The notes under the pieces: generated by a model
What the model saw: the letters and a program-made list of their open reading frames with translations, nothing else
What the model was told of the DNA's origin: nothing
Database searches by the model: none
DNA from: the human T2T-CHM13v2.0 reference genome, Homo sapiens
DNA: 64,000 nt
NCBI RefSeq assembly: GCF_009914755.1
Contig: NC_060939.1
Strand: one strand, 5' to 3'
Part shown: positions 39,996-54,370 of the stretch, one piece after another
Layout of the letters: each line of letters starts with the position of its first letter
Position numbering within the stretch: the stretch's first letter is position 1
Translations under genes and position numbers: made by a program

Positions 39996-42259
39996 TTTAA
40001 CTATTAATTGAATTCACTTAATGAATATGATCTATTTACTTGACTATTTTTTTGTGAATTTGGATTTTTTGTAAATTATACTTTTCTACTACATTATATT
40101 ATCTAAAGGTTTACATTCATTGAGTAAGGTAATTTATATTATGTATATTAAATCTAATCTTCCTATATTTATAACTCCCTTATCTTTCCTAATTGCATTT
40201 ATTTGTGGCTTTTTTTTAAATCTATATCAATCTTCTCACTGGTGTGTATATCTATTTTTACAAAGAACAAACTTTTGCCTTTATTGATACTTTTTTTTTC
40301 TGTTTAATTTGTTTCTTCTCTTACCTTTATTTTTGCCTTCTATTATATTTGCATTTAGTTTCTTAGGGTTTTTTTTTCTGGCTTCTTTATTTAGATGCTT
40401 AGTCTATTAATACTGAGAAATTTGTCTTCTCCAATAATTATACTTAAGGCTATAAATTTTCCTCTAAATACATTAGTCACACCCCAAAAATAAAGTTCTA
40501 GTTATTCTCTAATTTTCATTATTTTTTATTGAGGAATGTGTTTTTAAATTTTCAACGTCTATATCTTTTAACTTTTGAAAAATTAAAATACAACATACAT
40601 ACTTAAAGATGTCAAAGACTTTAATAAATTTGCATAAAACTACCAGCAAGGTCAAGGCACAGAACTTTGCCAGTTCCCTAAAAACTCCCCACATGTCACC
40701 TTTCAATTACGACTCCTTTTTCCTTCCCAAAAGATCACCACTATTCTGACCTCTAACGCTGGAGTTCAGTTTCACATATTTTCTAACTTTAAATAAATGG
40801 AGTTATACTGTATGTGCTATTTTGTATCTGTTTTCCATGACTTTGACTCTATGGTTCAGGTTCACATATTTTTGAAGTTTATATTAATGGAAGTAAACAG
40901 TATGTATTCTTTTGTATCATTGTATTTTGATACACTTTATGTGAGATTCATATCCGTTGTGGCATTTACCTATAACTCATTCGTTTTCAGTTCTCTTTAC
41001 TATTGCATTACACGGAAACAGCACAATTTATGGATCCATTTTATCACTGGGTTGACAATGGGTGTTTTTCAGTTTGGGGCTATTGTGAATAGTGCTGCTA
41101 TGAGCATTCTTGTCATATCTTTTGGTGTAAATGGAATTCCTGCCAATAGCTGACTTCAATTCTCTCTCCTTACTCACTAGAAACTGGAGGGCTAACGCTA
41201 TCATATGTTTGCGCTGACCAACATATATAGTGATAGAGGCCACTCTAACCTGCAACCTTCCAGGTCCACAAAATCTAAAATAATGAGCCTCCCAAAGAAG
41301 TGGTAAGAAAATTTGCAGTCAAGGGCCTGGGAGCACATGACTCGTCAGCTCCAGAGCAGCTCCCTTGGCCCTTCCTCGGCCACCCTCTGGATGGAAGGCA
41401 GATGATCAACACTGCACAACATTAGCAGGTGAGGGCCCCATCTGCACACCTGTGGGGCTCCTCTCCAGAAACACGAGTCGTTGTTTAAATCATAAATAAT
41501 AAATCATCTTTGATTTCTGACAGGAGGGTGGAATGATAAATTTATCTTTGTCTTGGTTTTGAGGAATGCAATAAACAAAGAAGGAAGCAGGTAACGCCTT
41601 TCCCCAATTCTCGCCTTCTGGATGAGCTACTCTCCATAGCTGGGTGTTTTCGGAGCTGGATGGGCTGGCAGGAGGGCCTTGGTAGTGGAAATATCTGGCA
41701 TGGGCTCAGCTTAGCTTGCCTCCACCAAGAGCCTTGGGAATCTCTCAAGAAGGGAGCATGGGGAAGCCTGGCTGCTGTGGCCTGTCTCTGTATCCAGGGC
41801 TCAGTCTTCTGTCTTTTTTTTCTCTCAAAACCTCAGTCAACAAAAATAAGCGTGTTCCTCTAGATCATACCATGAAAACTTTTTCCATTTGTTTCTTATA
41901 CTTCTATGGATCCTTTGTTAGAAGTCTGGCTTGGTTCTTGCCAGCACGTCAAATTTGTCCAGTTAACAGAAGGTTAAAATACATATTGAAAGACATAAAA
42001 ACTTAACTCTCATGCACTCTCTCAAACCGATGCATTCTTAATATCTTCAGCTTCACTCTTACTTTCTGAAGAAGAGATTTTCATGACATAGTTTTCAGAG
42101 GAAATTTTCCATCCCGATAGCTAAACACTCAGTAATAGGTTGCCTTAGGTGGTTAGGTCAATATCATGCATCCCAATTGATTGGGATGGTTCTGACTATC
42201 AAAAGAGAAAGTATGGGGAAAAAAAGCAAAAATCAAATGTTATCTATTGGTTTGGAGCA

Positions 42260-42688
42260 TGTGATGGTTAATTGGTATAAATTGGTTAGGCTATGGTGCC
42301 CAGACATTTGGTCAAAGGCCAGGCTAGAATATTGCTGTGAATGTGTTTTTTTAAAGGTGCAATTAACACTTAAATCAGTAGACACTGAGTAAAGGAGATT
42401 ATTGTACGATCCATGATGTGGTGGGCTGCATTCAATCAGTTGATGGTCTTAAGAAAGAGACAGAGCGCCCCCACCCACTCCCCACCAAGGAAGAGGGAAT
42501 TCTGCTAGCAGACAGCCTTCAGACTTCAGCTGCAACATCAACTCTTCCCTGGGTCTCCAGCTTGCCAGCCCGTCCTGCAGATTTCAGATTCACCAGTCCC
42601 ACAGTGGCATGAAACAAATCCTTGAGATGAATCTCTCTATACGTATCTGCATCCAGTTGGTTCTGTACCTGTCAAGAACTCTAATACA
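42260..42688 (+). mobile_element. MLT2 (ERVL) solo LTR
   Basis: tgtgatggttaatt start; tgcaacatcaactcttccctgggtctccag; agaactctaataca end. Confidence 0.88.
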
Positions 42689-43925
42689 GAGGCCACATTG
42701 TCAAGGGTCTGAGATAACATGCCAGTGGAAGGAGATTGGTACTCTGTGTCTCTGCCTCCTCCCAGGTTACACTCACTGTGCCTTCTTCATTGGTCAGTCT
42801 ATGAGTGCACAGGAGTGTAGACAGGAATACTTGAGAGTTTGGGAAGACTGGGTCAGGAAAAGGGATAGGGAAAAGATATTCATAGTGGGGGTGGTTTTTC
42901 ACCATCAGCAAATTAAACTGTGGAACACACGCTGCTAGAACCAAGATACACTTTCTGGTTCCTAAGTCAGGTGCAAACCCCTACTCTTTCTCTCAGCTTT
43001 CCACTCCTGCTGTGGTGGTCAGGGGTATTTGGGCCATCCTCACCCTGACTCAGTTGGAAACTGTCACTGCTTCATACTCCTGTTAAACATGTCCAAACCA
43101 GCAGCTGCTTAGCAGCCTTTACCTGTCAAACATCATGCTAGACACTGAGACCAGGGAGAACTCTTTAGCCAAAGAAGCCTCCAAGAAAAGAAATCCTGCA
43201 GAAGCCTAGCTCAATGGGCTCACAGTTTATTCACTTAGTGGCTGCTAAAAAGTCTTGATGCATCCCCGTTTTAAACTATTTACTGTCTGGCTCATTGAAG
43301 AAAATATATGCTGAGCCCTGAATTATTCACTGTGTGTGTCTCTTCCCTAAGGAAGGTAAGGACCAACCTCTGTTCATTTTCCTCCTCACTCTGTCACCCT
43401 GTTCATCTTGCTGCCATTGCTTTAGTTTAAACTGGACCCACAAATCTGAGCAATGTCAGCAATGAGGTCACACAAGGTTCCTGGAGGCCTTAGTGACCAC
43501 TCCGAACCCAGTTGGAGACTGCAGTTCTAAGAGCTTCCTGTGAGAGAGTGACTTTAGTTATCATTTCACAACAAATTAAAGAAAGTAGCATTTCTCCTGG
43601 AATGTTACCTACAACCACAAGAAGTCATAGAACATCGTTAATCACCTTACTTGCAGGTGCAGGTTCTCCCTGATTGAATGAAGCATCAATTCAAGTGTAA
43701 CAGCCTTACCCTTAACTCTTCTAGTAAGATGAGGGGAGATATCTTTCTCCAAGAATGGGAATTCGGTGAATAAACTGGTCTTTCCAAGGGGCGAGAATCA
43801 GATACAGAAAAAAAAATATGGATATAATTTTGAAAAGGCTTTATTGAGTCAAAAAGCATAGCGTGGTTTCTGGGATGTCTAAGCCATTCAACAATCTTTC
43901 CATTCCCAATGAACAAATGGAATGA

Positions 43926-44287
<362 letters not shown>

Positions 44288-46506
44288 GACTCAAGGTCTT
44301 AAGATGATCTGCTGGTCATAGACAAAGATGTATCTCTCAGTTACTCAGATCTACGGTCTCTGTACAGTGATCAACAACAGCTGCAAGGATATCTCTAGAG
44401 GAGACACCACCTTTTTATTTTTGTGAACTTTCAAACGTGTATTTTTATTATGAACAGCATTGCATAGGCGGAGGGCATGAAAGGAAGAAGATTCGGGACA
44501 AGAGAATGAGAGGAGGGTTAGGTGGTCTGACATGTGTCTTCAAAGAGGAGGTTGATGTTTAACAAAGGAATTAGGGTAACAGGAAAAAACAGGAGGGGAT
44601 TGAAGAAGGATGGAAGACCAAGGTCTGGGGAATGAGAAATGCCAGCAGGGAGGACTGTGCTTCCTGGACCCTACTGTCCCACCATGAATAGGCTGGAGAA
44701 CCACTCTTGCTGAGCCGGTTACTCTATCCTAGATCCCAGGGCCCATTGAAGATGCTAAAGTGTGATGATTTGCAGATAATTGGAAGCCAATGAGGAAAGG
44801 AGAAGGTGTTCCAGGGTCTCTGTACCCTAAAGGCAGAGAGAGGACTGCAGCTACCTGGGGAAGCAGATGGGGTGAAACTGTGAAACTGAAACAATGCCTG
44901 GAGAGAAGCAAGAAATGGAAGAGTAGAGGGTCAGCCTGGGACTGTGGTTGGGACCCCCCACCATGGCCCTGCTGCTCCTCACTGTTCTGGGCCCATGGAA
45001 CTGTGGACACCCAGGACTCTCAAAAATTGGGAATCAGCAGAAGTTTAAAAGTGAAGTAAAAGCACAAATGGCAGAATATGAAAAAAATTTATTTGAAAAC
45101 AAAAACCATTTCTGTGGAGGTGTGAGTGTATATATATATGCATGTGTGTGTACATATATTTGTATAAATGTATATATGTGTATATTTATACATATTTAAG
45201 TTAAAGTTTTGGAATTGTGGATACCATCTGGAAATGTAAAAACTAGGATATCAATGGGAAACACTACCTTCATCATTGCTGCTCTACTGGATATGGAAAC
45301 TAAACTCATTCAGTGTTTGAGCAATTTTATAAATCAAACCATAAACAAGGGGATTCTGGGAGGGAGGTGGAATTAGGGTGCAGAGTCCCAGAGGATCTGC
45401 AGAAGTAAAGATTTGTTGCATCAGGTGCTGTAGTCCACAGCATAAACACAGCACGCACGCGCACCCACACACACGCATGCGAGCACAATACACTCTCCTT
45501 CTGTCTGAATTTTCTCTACCCTGAACTTGTCCTCTGGCAAGTTCTTAAATAAACTCATCACATATTTGCCTTCTGCTTGAAGATGATGCTCTTTATCAGA
45601 CACATATTTGATAAGGGAATACACTAAAAGACACTTTGTACTACTCAGGTTTAGATGTGAACACTCACACTATGCAGAGGGAAAGCAGGAAATTCTGAAT
45701 CAGGACATCTTGGTCAAGCCGTAATAAACTGATAAGTCTCCTTCTGATTCTTTAAGTGTAATTCCTTACAGGAGAAATGGCTGCCCCCGTTAAAAAGGTA
45801 GATAGTCCCTTTATTTTACACTAAAAATTTATTGAGAAAACTTATATGCTTCCAAAGAAGAAAATTCATATTAGAAGTTGGAAAAACCCCAAGTCATCAT
45901 TCCACTAAACCATACTGCAATACAAGAGTTTTAAAGTATTCAAACTTTACCAAAATGTACAAATACAACGTATTAACATTGTCTCCACATAAAAACCCTC
46001 TGGTAGTGAGATATGGCTGCGTTTAATCCTATTGTATACAGTAGACTAGGAAGGGGAATTTGATCCTCTTTGACCAATCTTCTACCTGGGCACTAATATT
46101 TCAAGGTAGGTGATGCTGAGCTACCAGCTGGGAGAAAGAATCGGATCATATTTCATAGAATAATTGAATGCCTGGCTAGAAAGGACCTGGGGGTCATGAG
46201 CACAAAGCCTTCAGTTTCTAAGTAGCAACATAGGGGCCCAGGAAGCTCATGGGAGTCTGCTTGTTTTCCAGAGGTCCTGGCAAGAAGGGAAAGCCCAAAA
46301 GAGCCTGGACCTGATAAAACAACAGGGCCAGCCTCAATGGAATTGGAGACTAAGTGAAGTAACTCAGCAACGGAAAACCAAACGTATGTTCTCACTCGTA
46401 AGTGGGAGCAAAACCTACTGAAATGAGAAATAAAACAACAACAACAATAACAACAACAACAGTTCCAGCAAGAGCCAGCAGGTAGTTGAGTGATCTTCCA
46501 GCTTAG

Positions 46507-46985
<479 letters not shown>

Positions 46986-47616
46986 CACCTTCCAAGTCTT
47001 TGAAGCTGAACTTTCAAGCCAGAGTATTGGTCCTCCTCCCAGTACAGACCACACCAGGTCCCTGGTCAGCCCCGTCAAGCCTCTTGAGGAGGAGCCTAAT
47101 GCCTGCACACTTAAGCCTGCTGGGCAGGTGCAGGAGGGAAAGCAGAGGCCCCTTGTGGTGACCCGGAGTGACCAGTCACCTGCAAGCATGGCTTTTTTCT
47201 GCTGCATGGCCTGCTGCCATGGGTTGCCCTTCTGGGCAGCTGTGGCAAAGCCTGCAGAGCACAGCTGGAAGGATGGGTTCAGCTGCCATGTCTTACACCG
47301 GAGATGCTAGAGAAGTGACAGCCTCTTTCAGTGTCTTAGAGGCCCAAACAGAAAGACCCAATTGGCCAGCATCTCCAAATGGTTGTTATAGTGGCAGAAA
47401 TGGAAACAAAGCAAAGAACATCTCAAATGCTCCAGGGGCAGTTGGATGAGGAAACATAGCAGCTGCAGAGGCAGGAAAAAGAGCTGCAAGAATGCAGAGG
47501 CAGGCATAGTGCTCAAGGAGAAAAAAGATCTCACCTTATATCTCTTAGAACTCCATGGAGCAACCAGTAGAATGGGGGTGATCAAGCTCCTGCTGTAAAA
47601 ATATCTCCATTCAAAC

Positions 47617-48197
47617 TGATACAGGAGTTAAGAAGAAATTACTTCAGTGGGTAGTAAGGGCACAGAAGTCCTTGGTAAGGTTTTCCTTTTAATGAAAAGC
47701 AGCCCCAAATTATTTTCCTTTCTAACAAAGAGCAGCCGGTAAAATTGACCTGCAGACATAGATGCTGGCAGTTGTGCCAATCATGTTCAAGATGGCGGCT
47801 CCATCTTCCCTTCTCTTTGTCAGCCACGTGTACAGTAAGGAGCAGATAAGATGGCACTGGCCAAGCGGAAAGTTCCTTTGCATAATTAGATTAGGATGGG
47901 CTGGCCAGCCTTCCCCATGTGCTATTGTAAACATCATACCTGATCGAACCAATCTGTGAGCCCTGTGTAAATCAGATACCTCCTCAAGCCTGACTATAAA
48001 ATCCAGCGCATCTGCCACTGGCCAGTCTTTTCTGCTCAGAGGACTCTTCTCTCTCAATAGAGAGCTGTTTTTCTTTCTCTTTTCTTCTGCCTGTTAAACC
48101 TCCACTCCTAAATTTCTTGTGTGTGTCCATGTCCTAAATTTTCCTGGCACAAGACGATGAACCCTGGGTATATACCCCAGACAATGTAGCCACTTCA
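47617..48197 (+). mobile_element. 5' LTR of class I ERV (LTR9/LTR9B-like)
   Basis: TG...CA ends (tgatacaggagttaagaagaaatt...ccacttca), CCAAT ~47950, TATAAAA ~47995, followed directly by a PBS. Confidence 0.85.
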
Positions 48198-48200
48198 TAC

Positions 48201-48219
48201 TGGGGACCTTGTCTGGGAT
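48201..48219 (+). other. Degenerate tRNA-Pro primer binding site
   Basis: tggggaccttgtctgggat vs PBS-Pro TGGGGGCTCGTCCGGGAT, 3 nt after the LTR end. Confidence 0.8.
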
Positions 48220-49633
48220 ACCAAGGTACAGCATTCATCAAAAAGGTGAGTAGAGGAGCAGACTTGAACTCTGTCCTTTCATTTTGGGGCTCTCAGCCTC
48301 CATTTTAGGACCAAATGAAATCAATAGCAGGCATTCATCAGCCAATTAAAAACATGGTTAGTGTGGCTGCCGCTCTTAAAGACTTAGATGTGGGGCTTAT
48401 TGGAGAGAACATGGAGCATCCCCCAGCAACCACAGGTTGCTGGGCATGTTGGCCATGTTTGAACCAGCTTCCTTTCGTGGAGGACTTAGCTGTCACATGG
48501 GACTGGAAGAGATTTTGGAGCAACTGAGGATTTCTGGCTGGAGCTACCCCCTGGTGTTATCTAAAGGCTTCTGGACTGACCTCAGCCTTTGACTGCCCGA
48601 TGGGATGTCGGCAACAGGATCTCCAACTTTCCTATCGTAATTTCCTCCTTCCCTGTCTGTGACCACCATATATCCTATCTTCTCTGTGTATGCAATGTGT
48701 GGGATGTTTTACAGTTCAGGGAAGTAATCTTGTTTGGCAAGATCAGGGAATGTCATAGTAAATGGGGATATAGCTCAAGGGAAAGTGTCTTTGTGACTTT
48801 CTGGGAACAGAGGGTTCTCCCCCTCCCCCCACAGTGAGCATCACTCTCTGCCCTTGGTCTGGAGAGCACATGGCATTTCAAGGCCAACAGCGCCACCTAG
48901 TTGAATAGGGATCCTCTCCATGAGGCACATTGTCGCTCCTTTATAGAAACACTCTAGCTTCGTAATTCTCCCTTTTTGTGCCCCTCTGCTAAAGACCAGG
49001 CCTTATGCTGCTTCTATGAACAGGAAAATTCTGCCTTCAACAACTAGGAGTAAAATGTCCTCCAACACCAAATTTTAGTTTCAATACTGTCTCATCAGCA
49101 GGAAAATGGCCATTTGGTTCCTATGTTCTTTTAAGGCACCTATTCTGCCTCCAATTAGAATGGTAATTAGTAAGGGGATTTTAGGTTCAGACATTAACTT
49201 GAACCATTATCTAAGGGTAAATGCTTTAGCATGGGCCATAATAGCATGATATAGAGCTCAAACCAGCACACTTCCTGCATTAAAGAGGGAATTGCAACAG
49301 TTGCTCAAATGCAACTGTGATGTAGTCTCACCTGAGATCCACTTTTCAGGGATCCAGGCAGATCACAGAAGTCTAGGAAGTCAAAGGGAAATCACAGGCA
49401 GAGGAGTAGGGTTGCATGGGTAAGTGTGACAAATCCCAGTAGCTTAGTTTCTCTGTTTCCATGGCTGGGGGTCATGCCTGCAACCATGGATGGCATTTTC
49501 AACAAGGTGCTGGGACTCAGGAACCACAGAAGGAAAACAGCAGAGGGGCACCCCTACTGTCTTCCTCTCCACCCTAGGTCACACGGAAAGGAAGGAGACT
49601 AAAGGGAAGCCTTTTTCTTGCTTCTCTTTCTAG

Positions 49634-50230
49634 ATGGGTACCATCTTCAGCCTGCACTCCCCTGGAGTGCATGCTGAAGCAGTGGGACTCCTTTCACCCT
49701 GAGACTTTAAAAAAAAGCAGCTTATTTTCTTTTGCACAAGGGCATGGCCTTCTTACCAGACCTTATGCAAGCATTACAAAACCCACTCAGTTCTTTCAGC
49801 AATCATATCAGGCAGGCCCAAAGGGAATAATTCCCCAAAAGTAGAGAAGCAACTTCCAGGGGAACCATCTGAGGATCCCCCTTATTTGGGGCCCCTTCAA
49901 GGTCCTTTCTCATTGCAGGACCTTAGGCAAACAAAAAAGACTTAGGCCAACTTTCTGATGACCCTGATAGGTATAGAGAAGCTTTGCAAAATTTTACTCA
50001 GGTGTTTGATCTCTCATGAAGGGATGTTATGCTGCTACTAAGTCAAACCCTAACTGCAGCTGAAAAACAGGCAGCTCTGCAGGCAGCAGAGAATTTCAGA
50101 GATGAGCAATATGTCTCCTATCATAGGCCAAAAAGGAAAAGAGAAAATAAGAAAGGCAAAGAAACAGGGGAAGCTCCATTTCCAATAGGAAGAGAGGCAT
50201 TACCTCTTGACAACCCTAATTGGAACCCCC
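49634..50230 (+). pseudogene. gag: Defective gammaretroviral-type gag (matrix plus capsid N-terminal part)
   Basis: [32 protein letters not shown] (matrix) and FSLQDLRQTKKDLGQLSDDPDRY...DLS*RDVMLLLSQTLTAAEK...PIGREALPLDNPNWN (p30-like); in-frame stop and deletions. Confidence 0.88.
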
Positions 50231-50771
50231 AGACTTTTCCATGGTGTTTTTCCTTCTTTCATGGTTTGAAATGGCTCCTGTATCTTCTTTTATAATTTTC
50301 TTCCAACCTGGGAACAGTTAATTTTCCAAACCTTAAAATGCTTGGCTTAGAGTTAAGCTAGGGGGAAGGGAACCCAGAAGGCTGACACGCTGGCAAAAGT
50401 GTAAAAATTTCTTACCAGTTGGGCTTTTGGCTTCCCTCTCCCTTTGCAAACTGGTAAAAGGAATAATAAGGATTGTTGTTCATATTATCTGTAAAGTTTT
50501 AATTAATGAAAAGGGATTTGTGAGGTTTGTTTTAAGCTGTAGCCAATCTGATGTGCTTTTTGTGTCTTTCTGTATGGTTCTGTCAAGATAAAGGGTACCT
50601 TAGGTAAACATGCAGACCCAGGACCCTATAAACCTGCTGTTCAAGCCATCCCAACAAAATGGTCAGTAACAAACTTGGCTGCAGGCCTCCATCTTCTCTC
50701 ATGTTCTTGGGAACATGACCTGTAACTGCATGGCAATACTTTGTTCCAGTCTCTGCCATTTTACGGTGGTG

Positions 50772-51200
50772 GCTGTCTTCTTTTACTAAGTCAGTTCTTG
50801 GGTGGGGGCCACAAAATCAGATAAGCCAGTTTATTGATCTGGGTGGTGCCGGTTGATCCATGAAGGGCAGGATTTACAAAATATCTTAAGCACTGATCTT
50901 GAGAGCACTTTAGGAAAGGTCAAAATCTTGTAGCCTCCAGCTTTGTGATTCCTAAGCCATGGTATCTAATCTTGTGGTTAGTTTCTTGGTCTTGTCTCCT
51001 GGCAAGTTGGAAGTAAATTTTAGAAAAGGGCTGTTATCATCTTTGTTTTAGGCTACAAACTGTAACCAGGCTCTTCCCAGAGTTGGTTTGCCCTACACCC
51101 AGGGATGGGCAAGGACCGCTTGGGGGCTGGAAACAAAATGGAGTTGTTTGGGTTGGATCTCTTTCACTTTCTCAGTCACAATTTTGCAATGACAGTTTTA
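50772..51200 (-). mobile_element. LTR8-like 5' fragment in reverse orientation inside the ERV
   Basis: Reverse complement reads ttgcaaaattgtgactgagaaagtgaaagagat...gctggaggctacaagatt...ggcccccacccaagaactgact, matching recalled LTR8. Confidence 0.75.
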
Positions 51201-51472
51201 AAAGCTGCTTATCACCCTTTTAAAAATACCTTGTACACTCGTGGCTAAGTCATAACTTAGTTAAGACTTGTTGGTTTCACCTGTGAGATTACTTTCTGTA
51301 AAGTTCAAAAGCCAAAAATCTTAACTGCTTGGCATGGCTAAAATCCAGTAAAAAGGGAAGTAAAAGAATTTTCTTAAAGACCACTCAGCTTAATTAAAAG
51401 TGGATATCCAAATCATAGGTATACTGAAAAGGTCTTTATGTTTTTTTCTCTACTTGGATTTTGTTTTTCTGA

Positions 51473-51813
<341 letters not shown>

Positions 51814-54004
51814 CTGTCTTGTCACTCTTAAAGCACACATGAGAGGCCCTAAGGTAACTTCTGGTAGCCTGTGATTCCTTGGGAAAAGCAGAGGAGGTGC
51901 CACAGACCCCGTTTTGGGAAAAAAACCCTCTGTTTTCCTCATGAAACCTGAGGAATCAAAAGCAAACAGTTTCCTCTCAAAATCAAAAAGGTTGTGTTCT
52001 GTTTTGCATTTTATTATGTGACAGTTTTGAGTTTTGGAGGTATCAAAATACTTAACATTATGAAAGAGCTTTGGCGTGTAGTAACTAGGTAGGAAATATA
52101 CTTTAAGGGATGGCTAATAGTAGTTATGGAGGGATACTTAACTCTTTGCACATTTGAATCAGAGAAATATGCTCTTGGCCACCTGGAAGATATGGAAACA
52201 TCCCCACCCCCCATTTAAGAGATGAGACTCCCATGGGGGATGGGCTAATTGCAGAATGGGCTGATTTGGCTTTGGGTTGCCTTACAATGAAATGCATGGT
52301 AGAAGCACTGACCTGCCTTTGGGACTCCTATAGTATCTCTCTCCTTTTGGGGATCCAGAATCCAGTAAAAAATGGCATCTTTAATTTTGGGATCTGTCTT
52401 TGCCTTCAGCTGTGTCTGCTTATTAGGCCCTAAAAATGGGTGCTATCGTGACCCTGTTCCTCCAAGGGTTCCATCCTGAAGGCAGTGATCTAATTAAGAA
52501 ACTGGCAAATGAAAAACCTTACAAGTGCTGAATCTTCTGTCTATATTGCTATATATATATGTTGTGTGTAATGCCTATAAAAAGAGCTCTAATTGATCGG
52601 CTTAATGAAAAATAAGCACTTAAATATTTTTTTAGTTCACATGACTTTAATCTTTAAGAAATAAAAATAGTCTTAAGGATTATTGGTAAAATGCAAACGT
52701 TGTCAAAATGCAAATAGTGGCCTAAATCATACAAGTCAGATACTATTTTTCTCTCTGGTGCCTAGGCTCTATTAGTCCCTGGGACAGTGAGCTCTCCACT
52801 TGTGGGGGATGGGGATGAGGGGAAAGAATGGTGGTGAAAGTTATTACTAATTTAAATTGCGATGGCTTCTTTATCTCTAAGGCAAAAGGGGCAACTGAAG
52901 GGGAGTTGAGCCAAAAGGATGTGCCAGGGCTGAGCTCAGCATATCATAGAAAGGAGAACAGTATGGAAAGATCAGCAAATGTATACTATCTCATGCAGAG
53001 GCTGAGCTGAGGGCACCTCTGGTTCCTCTGGACTTTCTGGGCCTGGGGACCTCCATGGCAATGAAAGTGCTTGGAATGTCTGCTAAATACATCTGATTAC
53101 AAAATAATTTTATGTTCTAAGGAATATACACCCTCTGGGTCAATCTACGATGGGAATGGTTAAAACATAGCATCTGTTTTTATTTTATTTTATTTTATTT
53201 ATGTATTTATTTATTTTCGTTTCCAGCTATTGACATTGAAATATGCACGAGTGGATTGTCTGTCTTTGTGGTTCTAAGATCTTAAGACCAACAAGAGAAC
53301 CCAGATATTCCTAGAGGTTGCAAGAGAGAGATGATGCTTGTTGGACTCTTGGAAGTGATGGAGATGCCCCAGATTTCAAAAGCAGGGATGGGATTACTAT
53401 GCTCACTTTAAAGGATGGTTGAGAAAGGGTACCACAGCTGCATCATCAAATGCGAGGCTATAGGAATCTTCTGAGACTCTGGGCATGAATCCCTGAAATG
53501 GCAGACAGAAGCCCTTTGGGACAAAGGGGAGGTCGGAGTAGGCTAAGGAGCTGGTAAGTTCATCTACCTGGCACCACATTTCTATTTCTCACACTGGTAG
53601 TGAATGTCACCTGCCTGGAAGAGGGGAAGAGGTGTTCAACTGAGAGAGGACTCTGCATGTTTCTGAGGCTCAGAAGGGGTGAGTCCAGGCTGAGCTGGGT
53701 TGCAGAGAAAGGGCCTGGCATTCCTGGGAGTGAGCAGAGGCTGCACTGGGAACTGCAACTCTGGGAGAAACTGACTGAATTCTGTGTTCTGAAAATTAGC
53801 ATTGATTGAGATATGTTTCATGCTCTCTTTTGAAAGCAAGTCCTGGACGCAGTAGATGTGTTTCCTAAAAGGGGCTATTTTGGAATCTGGATGTGGTAGC
53901 ACATGTGTTATAGAAACTACTCAGTGACATGCACCAACAAAGTATATTTTGCGGCCTCTCTTGTTCATGAAATTGTACATCAAACATGCTTAATAAATGT
54001 TTGA

Positions 54005-54370
<366 letters not shown>

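Noticed and set aside
44948-45199. ORF with KSEVKAQMAEYEKNLFENK as a coding exon
   Set aside because: Short, runs into a (TA/TG)n microsatellite, no recognisable homology
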